A stretch of DNA of 64,000 nucleotides from an uncultured Gemmatimonadales bacterium (GTDB lineage Bacteria; Gemmatimonadota; Gemmatimonadetes; Longimicrobiales; RSA9): NCBI GenBank assembly GCA_963786235.1, contig CAWAYJ010000017.1:245855-309854 (forward strand), read 5' to 3'. Below the pieces are notes generated by a model that saw nothing but the letters and a program-made list of their open reading frames with translations, was not told the origin of the DNA and ran no database searches. Position 1 is the first letter of the stretch, and each line of letters begins with the position of its first letter. Positions 55,113 through 64,000 of the stretch are shown one piece after another. Position numbers and translations under genes: made by a program.

Positions 55113-56234
55113 ATGTCTCCGCGTGGCCATGTGCGTTTGCGAGCCGCGACGACCCTATGCTGCGTCTGGCTCAGCACAGTTGGTGTGGCCGGTCAGACAG
55201 TCAGCTTGCAGGAGGATCCGGATTGCGCTGGCTGCGTGATCAGGGCTGAGCTGAAGGCAGTACTTGGCGGGTCGGGAACAGATTATGTCGGTCCGTCAAT
55301 GATGATTGATAGCAATTCGAAAGGCCAATTCATCCTTGCACATGATCAGGCTGCCGATGAGATCCGCGTATTCGATTCGCGGGGAAGGTTCGTCAGGATA
55401 GTTGGACGGGAGGGACACGGGCCAGGGGAATACGAAGGTATCCGGGCAATATGCGTACTTCCCGGCGACACTGTGCTGGTTTTTGACGGGAAGAACGCTG
55501 CAGAAACAACGCTCGGACCTGGCTTTGATCTTATCGAGTCGAGGAGGTTTCCGTTGCCTGCGATCAGCCCGGGCGGCGTGGTCGCCTTCTCGAGCAATGA
55601 GATCGTTGCGAACGCGTCCGTCAGTACACCGGAGCGAGTTGGCTTGCCGTTGCATCTAGTGGAAGCGGGAAAGGGCATCGTGCGGTCGTTCGGCTCCGAC
55701 GACGGTGCCTACCGGGCGGATGTCGATGGGTCGGGCACTAGACGGATTAGTCGCGGGTCGAATGGTACTGTGTGGTCAATGCGCATCAATGAGTATGTTC
55801 TCGAGCAGTGGTCAACGGATGGAAGAAAGGTGCGGGCGTTGCGGCGCGAGGTTGACTGGTTCCGGACGTGGTACAGATACCCGAGTGTGGTCGATGGACA
55901 ACACCCAATGCCTCCGATGACGCGCGCCGTCCATGAGGACTCAGCTGGTTTGGTATGGGTGGCGGTGGAGCTGCCCGGCGGAAATTGGGCGAAACAAGGC
56001 TTGGACGCTGAGACAGCTGACGGCCGCCGCTTTATTCCAGACCCAGTGAAGGCATGGGATACGATGGTGGAAGTCATCGATCCCATCCGAGGATTTGTTC
56101 TCGGGTCGGTCCGCCATCCGGGGCGCGTATTGTTCATTACTTCGCACGGCGACATGGTCATCAACGCTGAGAGAGATGACGGCACACCGACGTTGGAGAT
56201 TTGGAGCTTCTCGCTTGCAAGAAACATGCGATGA
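55113..56234 (+). CDS. NHL-like 6-bladed beta-propeller protein, secreted (paralog 8)
   Basis: An AAGGGAG SD lies upstream. Signal ...STVGVAGQ, the motif GREGHGPGEYEGI, and the C-terminal ..PTLEIWSFSLAR. Confidence 0.75.
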   Translation: MSPRGHVRLRAATTLCCVWLSTVGVAGQTVSLQEDPDCAGCVIRAELKAVLGGSGTDYVGPSMMIDSNSKGQFILAHDQAADEIRVFDSRGRFVRIVGREGHGPGEYEGIRAICVLPGDTVLVFDGKNAAETTLGPGFDLIESRRFPLPAISPGGVVAFSSNEIVANASVSTPERVGLPLHLVEAGKGIVRSFGSDDGAYRADVDGSGTRRISRGSNGTVWSMRINEYVLEQWSTDGRKVRALRREVDWFRTWYRYPSVVDGQHPMPPMTRAVHEDSAGLVWVAVELPGGNWAKQGLDAETADGRRFIPDPVKAWDTMVEVIDPIRGFVLGSVRHPGRVLFITSHGDMVINAERDDGTPTLEIWSFSLARNMR

Positions 56235-56684
56235 TGTGAATTGTGGCGACAAGAACCCCCGGCCGTGTTGAGCCGAGATTGATGGCCGAGCGGAGACTTG
56301 ACGGACGCCGGTGAAATTCTTGGCCCGGCCGCAAGGGTTGCAGCCATCGCGGCAAACTGGACCACGGATGCGCCTCTCCGCCAAGTAGTGCAACGACAGC
56401 AACTTCCGGGGACCTACAGTACCGCCCGGAGGTTTGGACCTAGGCGCTCGCCCACATGTCCAATGCTGACCGGGTTAAGACACTTGGATTCCGGTCCGAT
56501 CACGCACGAGCCTTCTCAACCTTGATGCGGTAAACCCATCGCGTTGGGGTTGGGGATCGGCATGGCCCGAGGATTCGACGGAAAGTCGTCGCCTCGGGTT
56601 GATGCCGCCCGGAGCGGCCGGTGGGCACATTGCCGGGGAACCGCCGCACCTCGACAAATGCTTACCCCCTAAGTAGATTCAAAC

Positions 56685-57131
56685 ATGGACCTTCCTGACG
56701 ACGTGCGCGAGCAGTTCCGACGGCACGGCCGCATGGGTGGCCTCCGGCGCGCCGAAGGCATGGAGCCTGCGGCTCGGCGAAGCGTGGCCCGCCGTGCCGC
56801 CGCGGCACGCTGGATCCGGCGACGCTTCGGTGCGCCGAGCTTCGAGGAACTGGGCCTGCCGGGCGGCGAGTCGGTGGACGCCGGTCTGGCCGACCTCGCG
56901 GCCGGACGCGTGAGCGCGGCGAGTCTGGCAGTGTCGATTGCCGCGCCCCGGCTCCGGCGCGAAGGAGTGCCGATCGGTCCGGTTCTGGACGATCCGGAAC
57001 GCCGCCTTTTCGCGCTGCTGCAGAACACCGAGGGAGATCTGGCGCACGCGCGCTACAACGCCTGGCTGCGCCAACTGGTCTCCTTCGCCGATGCCTGCCA
57101 CCAGATTCGCGCGGGCCGGCGCGCTTGCTGA
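56685..57131 (+). CDS. Hypothetical protein, duplicate of 39296..39742
   Basis: 148 aa, nearly identical to 39296..39742 by eye. Confidence 0.45.
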   Translation: MDLPDDVREQFRRHGRMGGLRRAEGMEPAARRSVARRAAAARWIRRRFGAPSFEELGLPGGESVDAGLADLAAGRVSAASLAVSIAAPRLRREGVPIGPVLDDPERRLFALLQNTEGDLAHARYNAWLRQLVSFADACHQIRAGRRAC

Positions 57132-57373
57132 GACGCGAGCTTACGGGCGAGGCGCTGCGGGAGCTGATGGGCGAGCTGGCGCGCACGGCGCCGCGCGGGG
57201 GGATGTTCCGGGTTTACCTGGTCGGAGGCGGCACGGCAGTTCTGGCCGGCTGGCGCTCTGCCACGATCGACGCCGATCTGTGCGCCGACCGCGATGAGGT
57301 TTTCCGGGACATCCAGGGAATCAAGGAGCGGCTCCAGCTGAACATCGAATTCGTCCGGCCGGAGGACTTCGTC
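57125..57373 (+). pseudogene. DUF6036-like nucleotidyltransferase gene, truncated after ~80 codons
   Basis: It matches 39736..39985. The track ORF then runs into unrelated sequence (..VRPSAFMISGISRRL..). Confidence 0.65.
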
Positions 57374-57391
57374 CGGCCGAGCGCTTTTATG

Positions 57392-57925
57392 ATCTCCGGA
57401 ATATCCCGGCGGCTCCGTGCATTGAGCTTGTCCCGGACGATCTTGACGTGATTGCTGGCCGTGTTCAGGGCGATGCAGAGGGCCTGGGCAATCTCGCGGT
57501 CGGACCGCCGTTCGTTCAGTAGAAGTGCTACCTGCGCCTGCTGGCGTGTAAGCTGGAAACGGCGGCGAAGGTCGCGTTGGTCGGGCGCGGAACGAGCCGG
57601 TTGGACGACGACGACGTACTTGGCACCGGTGCATGGGGAGACCTCATGAACTTCCACGTCGCACAGTTCTCCCCGGACAGTTTTCTGACCCGCGAAAACC
57701 CGTCGGAGCCCTTCTGCTTCATCGGGGGACGGTTGACCATCCGGGAATCCATCGGACAGAATCGCCTCAAGACCCTCATCGAAAAGGGCCTCCAGTACAC
57801 TGGGGGGCGACTCCAGAAGCATTGGCAGCACTCGCGGGGCATCAGTCTACGGGATGATCGCACCACCGGCTGACAATGTCGTGAAACGCGGTCACACGGA
57901 GTTTCGCCACATAACCTGTTGTCAT
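57392..57925 (-). pseudogene. LuxR-family regulator, copy 2; disrupted near the N-terminus and truncated at the 3' junction
   Basis: The N-terminal MTTGYVAKLRVTAFHDIVSRWCDHPVD runs into a stop (track ORF 57842..58069). The rest, including the GerE HTH, lies in another frame (57214..57831), whose end reads through the junction. Confidence 0.65.
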
Positions 57926-57941
57926 GGGGCCACATGGAGAG

Positions 57942-60380
57942 ATGGATAACGGCTGGGTGATCCGCCTCGAACTGCTTGGGCCGGTCCGCCTGCTTGCCGC
58001 CGACGGACGCAGCCTTGATGCCGTCGTGCGCCAGTCGAAGCGTCTGGCGATTCTGACGTACCTGGTCATCCATGACGGGTTCGTGCGCCGGGACCCTCTA
58101 CTGGCTCTCGGTTGGCCGGAGTCTTCAGACCGGTCGGCGCGGCGTGCGCTGAATCAGACGATCCACTTCCTCCGGTCGGAACTTGGGCAGCACATCATCT
58201 CACGGCGGGGTGCGGGCGAAGTGCGCGTGTCTCCTGACCATGTGTCGAGCGACGTGGTCGACTTCCGGCGGGCCATTCAGGAGGGACGATTCGGCGACGC
58301 GATCGATCTCTATCGAGGCGAACTGCTGAGTGGGGTGCATGTGGCCGATTCCGTCGAGCTATCCCAATGGCTTGACGGCGCACGTGACGAGTTTCGGCGT
58401 GAATCTGTCGAGGCGGCCTGCAGGCATGCGGAGAGATTGGCGGCTTCGGGCAGATTCCAGGCAGCAGAACAGACAGCGAGAAAAGCCCTCAAGATCGAAC
58501 CGACCAGCGAGGTGGCCGTCCAGGTCTTGGCACGGACGCTCCTGCAAGCAGGGGCGCGACCCGCAACTCTCAAGGTTCTGAACGAATTCCGGGCTCGCCT
58601 GGAATCCGAGTACGGGATCGAGCCATCCGCTGAGACCTTGCGTTTGGCGGAAGCGGCGGCCAGCGAGACAGGATCGCCGATCGAGGCGATCCCAGAGCCG
58701 GTCTCGGATCCGATCGAGAACACTACTAAGGACGCGCCGAACCCAGCTGCGGAGCCGTCGCCACCGGCGCGGCCAAGTCGGCCACTGTGGGGGCTGGCAG
58801 GTCTCGCGATCCTGTTGGCTGCGGTTCTGCTGCTTGGCCGTGTCGCAATCCGGCACGGGACCGAGGCTACCCCGAGTGCCGCAGCCTACCCCGCGAACCG
58901 GGTGGCCGTGATGTATCTCCAACCTCGCGGTGATCTCGGGGACCTGGACTACCTGCCTGATGCGCTCACCGAAGCGGTTATCGACCAACTCAGCATGACA
59001 GATGGGCTCGAGGTCATTGGCCAGTCAGATGTCCGGTGGCTACAGAGCGACCCGCAACCGGCCGCCGCCATTGCGGAGGCTTTGAACGTCGGCACCGTCG
59101 TGGTCGGCACGGTGTCGCGGCAGGGCGATAACGTACGAACGAGAGTCCAGGTCGTAGAAGCCGACGACGGTGCTGTCCGAAGTGTGATGGACATTGCCCG
59201 TTCCGCCGTTCCGCCGATGGACCTGGTCGCGTTCTGCGTCGACTCTATCACCGCTGGTATCCGAGAGGCACTCGGGCGTTCGGTCGAACTGACACACTGG
59301 CATGCCGGCACGAATGACGAGCGGGTCTGGGAACTCGTGCAACGTGCAAGCGCGTTGCGTCGCTCTGCGGTCTCTCTCGCTACGCGTGGGGAGCTCGGCA
59401 ACGTGCCACGCGTTTACGCGGCTGCGGACTCACTTCTTTCCGTGGCGTCGTCGACAGACCGTCGCTGGAGCGTTCCCGATCTGTTTCGAGCTCAACTCGC
59501 AGGGGAATCGGCGGTCTACTGCATGGCCCTCCCGCGAATGCAGGCTCACAAACGGGCTTGAAGTCGGTCGAGCGAGGTATCGGTTTCGCACGCGAGGCCA
59601 TTGCCCGAGCAGCCGGACCATTCCGAGAGTCATACAGAACTTGGCACGCTCTACTTCCTGGGGTCGCAGTTGGTTGATTCCACCCGCACGACGGTGTATC
59701 GCGACTCCGCCAAGGAAGCCTTCCATGCAGCAATCGCCCAAGTCCCCGCGGGAATGCCATGGCCTGGAGCCGTTTGTCCGCGGTTCAGTACTCCAAGGGT
59801 GAATTCGCCGAGAGCAAACGCATTCGGCGCGGGAGGCCTATCGAGCCGACTCCTACCTTTCGAACCGCGCAGAGGTTCTGGGACGCCTGTTCCTGACGAG
59901 TCTGCACTTGGGGGCGGACGACGATGCACGGTACTGGTGCCGGGAGATCGAAGCGACGTCAGCCGGCACTTGGCCAGTGGCTTTCTGCGACCTTTGCCTG
60001 ATTGCATTCGTGGACTCGGTGATGCCGGATCCGGACTCGGCCAGGAATCTCGTACGCGTGCACGCGCGTGCGGATCCTACCCCAAGGCGATGATGCCGAG
60101 GCTGGAGATGCTGGTGGCGGCCGCTCTGGGCCGTGCAGGCATGGTGGACAGTGCCCAAGCCTTGATTCGAACCACGCTCCAAGAAGGCCGCGGCGATCCA
60201 CAAATGGCCCTTTTCCATGCGGGAGCCTTGCTGGCCATCGGTTCCCGGGATTCGGCCAGAGCTGTGCTCGAACGGTATGTTCACGAGAATCCTGCGGAAC
60301 GGTCTGCCGTGACTCGCTGGCGTTGGTTTCAACCGCTCGGGTTAATCCAAGCACTCCCGGAGGACAGCTACAGCAAGTAG
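57942..60380 (+). pseudogene. SARP/BTAD-TPR regulator, copy 2, with several frameshifts in the C-terminal third
   Basis: Colinear with 24976..27402 up to ..AVYCMALP, where it hits a stop at 59561. Homologous segments continue in 59601..60380 and 59908..60093 in different frames. Confidence 0.75.
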
Positions 60381-60570
60381 AACTTAGCGGCGAACCCACG
60401 CCGGTGGCAGACGGGGCTTTGAACGCCAACGTGGATCTCTCCGGTTTCCTGAGTCTCCCAAGAAATATAGCCAATTATTGGTCATGCGCCATCGCAGCCC
60501 GGATTACATGGTGGAGAGACCGGTCTGAATAGCCGGATCGTGGTTTCTCAACTCGGACGCGGAGTCAACC

Positions 60571-60723
60571 ATGCGGGTTCGGCGTGGGCATGTGCTAGTG
60601 GTGATCGTGATTGCGGCATTGGGTCTCGTTGCTGGGTGCCGGGATGGCATCACGGAGCCGCCCCCATCTGCGGGCGAGGTCTGCTTCTGGATCGAAGGCC
60701 AGTACATCTGTATCCCGGGCTGA
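60571..60723 (+). CDS. Small lipoprotein-like ORF, 50 aa; not in the ORF track
   Basis: My own translation: MRVRRGHVLVVIVIAALGLVAGCRDGITEPPPSAGEVCFWIEGQYICIPG. Lipobox LVAGC and GGAG 6 nt upstream. It is a paralog of 27560..27715. Confidence 0.6.
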   Translation: MRVRRGHVLVVIVIAALGLVAGCRDGITEPPPSAGEVCFWIEGQYICIPG

Positions 60724-60744
60724 GGTCCGGGGGGGTGATGAGGT

Positions 60745-61767
60745 ATGATTCACTTCCAGGGAGATTCTGACCGGCTCGCGGCCCCCGTGCAGCTGCCGGC
60801 TCATCGGGCCGAGCAACGTGATTCCACGGAGGTTTCCGGCAGACCGGGCGCGCAGCTAACTCGCGTGAACCCGAGAGGCATGGGCTGGATTCGTGACATT
60901 CCGAGCATCCGGGACCACGGTCCGTTCCACGAGCACGTGTCCATGAAGAAGATGCAATTGGGGCAGAATGAGTCAATTCGCGAGATGCTCGAGGAGACGG
61001 ATGCCCTGGATTCCGGGGTCGACCTCCCATCATCAGTCGACCTGCGCGAATGGTTCCCGCCCGTCGATGACCAGGGGTCGCTGGGATCGAGCGCCGTGCA
61101 CGCGGTGATCGGGCTCCTGGCGTACTTCGAGTACCGGGCGTGGGGCCGGCACGTGGATCTATCGAGCCGGTTCTTGTACAAGACGGCGCGCAAGCTCATG
61201 CAGCTCGAGGGAGACACCGGAGCGAATCCGCGGAGCGTTTTCGATGCCCTGGTGCGGTTTGGGGCACCACTGGAGCGATACTGGCCGCACGACGTGCAGG
61301 GTTTCGATGAGGAACCACCCCCGTTCTGCTACGGGTACGCGCAGGACTACCAGGCGCTTTCCTACTACAGACTCGACTCCGGTGGGATACACGGCGAGGA
61401 GTTGCTCGGTCGGATCAAGCGGCACCTCAACTCAGGCCTGCCCTCAATGTGCGGGTTCACCGTGTTTCGATCGATCCAGCAGAACGGCGATATTCCGTTC
61501 CCGACCGCTGACGAAACCGTCTTGGGTGGGCAGGCGGTCGTGGTCGTCGGGTTTGACGATCGTAGGGTGATCGCGAATCCTGACCCTGTCGGGCCGAAGA
61601 CCCGCGGAGCATTGCTGGTACGGAATTCCTGGGGCGAGGAATGGGGCAAAGCTGGGTACGGGTGGCTCCCCTATCGATATGTCGTGGATGGACTAACCGC
61701 CGACTGGTGGTCGCTGATCCGGTACGAGTGGATCGAGACCGGGGAGTTCCAGCGCCCTGAACGATAG
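60745..61767 (+). CDS. Papain-like (peptidase C1) homolog with substituted catalytic Cys and His, copy 2
   Basis: DDQGSLGSSAVHA (Ser in place of the catalytic Cys), LGGQAVVVVGFDD (Gln in place of His), and VRNSWGEEWGKAGYGWLPY (Asn retained). Confidence 0.8.
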   Translation: MIHFQGDSDRLAAPVQLPAHRAEQRDSTEVSGRPGAQLTRVNPRGMGWIRDIPSIRDHGPFHEHVSMKKMQLGQNESIREMLEETDALDSGVDLPSSVDLREWFPPVDDQGSLGSSAVHAVIGLLAYFEYRAWGRHVDLSSRFLYKTARKLMQLEGDTGANPRSVFDALVRFGAPLERYWPHDVQGFDEEPPPFCYGYAQDYQALSYYRLDSGGIHGEELLGRIKRHLNSGLPSMCGFTVFRSIQQNGDIPFPTADETVLGGQAVVVVGFDDRRVIANPDPVGPKTRGALLVRNSWGEEWGKAGYGWLPYRYVVDGLTADWWSLIRYEWIETGEFQRPER

Positions 61768-61863
61768 GCACCTTGCGGTACGGCTGGTTGGCTGTGGCCG
61801 CGTGCTGATCGGTGCTGATTGCCGCAGCCATGTGGTCACGTGGTTCGACGTCTGGAGGGTATC

Positions 61864-62652
61864 ATGCGAGTCGCAGCGTATTGCCCGCCGAGATTCAGGA
61901 GCCTCGTTGAGCCAGCCATCGGAACTCCGGCTGCGTTTCACGAACGGTGGCCGGATTTCGAGAGGGCGGTCGGCGGCGCGGACTGCGGCGTGGCCGTGAT
62001 CGAATGGCTGGATGAATCGCCGGGCGCCGTCGACCTGAATGCCTTGCGCGCCGACCAGCCGTGGACGCGGGTTGTCGTGGTCACGCGAATGGACGGCGAA
62101 AACGCGCTCGTGGCACCGAACGTGGCCGACTCAATCGTATGGATTCGCCACGCCCGGGCCCTATTGAGGAAGGCAGTAGAGACGCCACAAGGCGGCCTTC
62201 GAAGCCGCATGGCCAGCTTCATCAGAGACAGTCTGGTTTGCTCGATGCAAACGAAGGTGGCTCTGCTCGAGGCGACCAACGCGGATCCACCAATCCGCAC
62301 CGTTGCGGAGTGGGCAGACCGTCTCGCAACAACTGTCCGGACGCTCGAGAGGTGGTTCGCAAGAGACTTCGCGTCTGGGATCACCCCCAAGCTCCTCCTG
62401 GATGCCACAGTAATCGTGTGGGCACGGGACCGATTCCCGGCTGCGTCGTCCTGGACCGGACTCGGCAACCATGCCGAGGCGGACCCGCAGATGCTCAGAG
62501 AAACCGCCGTCAGGCTGATCGGCGCATCGCCAAGCGCCGACGCGACATGGCTCCTCCGAGAGTTCAGGCGCGGGACCCGAGTGTCTCCCGAGATGGTTGG
62601 CCCCACTTCCCTTGCAGAGGGGCTAGCCGCCCTGCTGCGGTCGCGATGGTAA
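61864..62652 (+). CDS. Receiver-like plus AraC-like HTH regulator (paralog of 13043 and 28862)
   Basis: MRVAAYCPPRFRSLVEPAIG...VAVIEWL...VVVVTR...IRTVAEWADRLATTVRTLERWFARDFASGITPKLLLDATVIVWA. Confidence 0.6.
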   Translation: MRVAAYCPPRFRSLVEPAIGTPAAFHERWPDFERAVGGADCGVAVIEWLDESPGAVDLNALRADQPWTRVVVVTRMDGENALVAPNVADSIVWIRHARALLRKAVETPQGGLRSRMASFIRDSLVCSMQTKVALLEATNADPPIRTVAEWADRLATTVRTLERWFARDFASGITPKLLLDATVIVWARDRFPAASSWTGLGNHAEADPQMLRETAVRLIGASPSADATWLLREFRRGTRVSPEMVGPTSLAEGLAALLRSRW

Positions 62653-63336
62653 GGCTGCCCATTCGACGCCAAAGCCCCGGTCCTTTCAGCGAGCCACGGA
62701 TTGTCGCATTCGCCGGCGATTCTGTCGGATTCTCCTTTGGAGTTGGCCGGACTGCCCTGTAAATTGAACCTGTCCGGATGACAGTGTTGTTCGGCTCTCT
62801 CGGAGCCGGCGATGTGAAACGACAAGCGGACCCGGGAAGCAAGCTCGACCGGAGATTGGAAGCCTCGTGGTAAAGAAACGCGCCAGTTTCGCGGTCCGGC
62901 CGGTTCAGCGTGGATATAGAATCCGGACGTGGGTGCAAGGGCCTAACCATCGAGGAAGACGTCCTGATGAACCGCCAGGAACGACCGGGCTGACGATGGT
63001 GCGACTTGCGGCGCAATTGTTGGGGGTGACCGTTCGTGCCAGCGGGCTGTAGAGTGCGAGAAAACGACAAGGCATGTGCTCAGGACTGTAGCGCCCTCGA
63101 GGCCGTCACTAGGCCGATACATGTTACAAAACGTGACAAGAGCAGTGTTTTCCGGCCGGAGTACGCGAGCTCGGTGCCGAAACCCGCGAAAGTACCTGTG
63201 CCAAGGGTAATGTGAGTTTCCCTGGCGTAAAGATGTACAACGCCGCATTGTAATCGCATGAACGACTAGCAATCGGGATTGCGGCTCTGGCCGGAATGAC
63301 GCGACAAAGTGGAAACACGAATAGGAGGGCGATTAC

Positions 63337-64000
63337 GTGTCGACGCGCGCTGTAGTGCTCATCGGGCTAGTGATGGCGTTTGGGTGCGAGGAAGCCGATT
63401 CGGCTTATGTGGCCACGCTTGTACCCCGGGACTCGGCACGAGTTGCTGTACTCGACGCGCGCAATCCGGAACGCACACGGGGAAGCGCATATCGTATCGA
63501 ACGCACAATCGGCGGCCAGGATGACAACGAGACCGGAGCGTTTAGCTATGTGACAGGCCTAGCTGTGCTAACGGATGCGTACATTGTCGCCGACAAAGAC
63601 TTAGGTCTACGATTGTACGGGGTCGGAGGGGATTACACTCGTACCCTCGGCGGCCCTGGTTCTGGGCCTGGAGAGTTCAAGTTGCTGTCCTGGCTCGGCA
63701 CATTGGCGGGCGATAGCATCGTGGCGTTTGCCGTCGGTCTGGGGCGGGGTTCGGTGTTTGATAAACGCGGGAACCTCGCACGTATTGTATCAATGGCGGC
63801 ACCCGGGCTGGTATTTGACGTCACGAAGACCGGTCGATTTGTTGCTGTGACAATGGCGACTGCCGAGGGCGAGCAAGCACAAGGTCATAAGGTGTGGGGC
63901 GTCGCATCGGTAGTGGTGTCAGATCCGAGTGGTGTGTTTCAGGACTCCATCGCCACCTTCAGGCCCTTCTTATGCATGAAAGTTGTCAATGGGATATGCG
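63337..64000 (+). CDS. NHL-like 6-bladed beta-propeller lipoprotein (paralog 9); the 3' end lies outside the window
   Basis: Not in the ORF track because there is no stop within the window. GTG start with AGGAGGG 7 nt upstream. My translation, VSTRAVVLIGLVMAFGCEE...LGGPGSGPGEFKLL..., is open to position 64000. Confidence 0.65.
   Translation, partial: MSTRAVVLIGLVMAFGCEEADSAYVATLVPRDSARVAVLDARNPERTRGSAYRIERTIGGQDDNETGAFSYVTGLAVLTDAYIVADKDLGLRLYGVGGDYTRTLGGPGSGPGEFKLLSWLGTLAGDSIVAFAVGLGRGSVFDKRGNLARIVSMAAPGLVFDVTKTGRFVAVTMATAEGEQAQGHKVWGVASVVVSDPSGVFQDSIATFRPFLCMKVVNGIC

Larger units (their letters stand above)
56522..57373 (+). repeat. Duplicated segment, copy 2 (partner 39125..39985); ends abruptly at the junction with the LuxR cassette
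   Basis: See 39125..39985. Homology stops at ...gacttcgtcc, after which unrelated sequence joins the LuxR 3' region. Confidence 0.8.
57392..62652 (+). repeat. Five-gene cassette, copy 2 (partner 24425..29695)
   Basis: Same gene order as copy 1. LuxR and SARP are degraded here, while the three downstream ORFs are intact. Confidence 0.8.

Noticed and set aside
1-64000. CRISPR arrays and rRNA genes
   Set aside because: I saw no regularly spaced short direct repeats and no rRNA-like conserved stretches while reading the window. The only tandem repeat noted is the 21-bp duplication at 48770.

Overview
High-GC bacterial chromosome segment. The gene content suggests Gemmatimonadota or Acidobacteriota, but this is inference only. 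The window alternates between conserved core blocks and visibly lower-GC accessory blocks.

Core genes:
- 3' part of an RND efflux permease
- DRG/OBG-type GTPase
- tolB-like gene
- DUF5916/CBM9-like protein
- GH43 hydrolase
- large BNR/sortilin-like protein
- PadR plus two MacB/ADOP-type permeases, one of them frameshifted
- an amidohydrolase
- pstSCA without pstB

Three kinds of nucleotidyltransferase-type toxin-antitoxin-like modules are interspersed:
- AbiEii-like
- RHH-MNT plus HEPN
- DUF6036-like

Several of these are duplicated and partly degraded.

The most interesting content is a recurrent, apparently extracytoplasmic gene set. It lies in two islands (about 21.5-35.0 kb and 49.1-64.0 kb) and one satellite module (11.2-13.8 kb). 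It comprises:
- nine paralogous NHL-like 6-bladed beta-propeller lipoproteins or secreted proteins
- four secreted Cys/His-rich proteins of about 160-178 aa
- two thioredoxin-fold CxxC proteins
- several tiny signal-peptide ORFs with Cys-rich tails, three of them shorter than the ORF-track cutoff
- two papain-like (C1) homologs whose catalytic Cys and His are both substituted
- dedicated regulators: LuxR, a membrane SARP/BTAD-TPR protein, and receiver-like AraC-type proteins

Both islands begin with homologous 3' remnants of a large serine recombinase. Island 1 ends in rearranged IS21 remnants and a tRNA-Arg-like fragment.

Three large intra-window duplications show complementary decay: 9.2-11.2 vs 13.9-16.3 kb, 24.4-29.7 vs 57.4-62.7 kb, and 39.1-40.0 vs 56.5-57.4 kb.

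I saw no rRNA, no intact tRNA and no CRISPR array.
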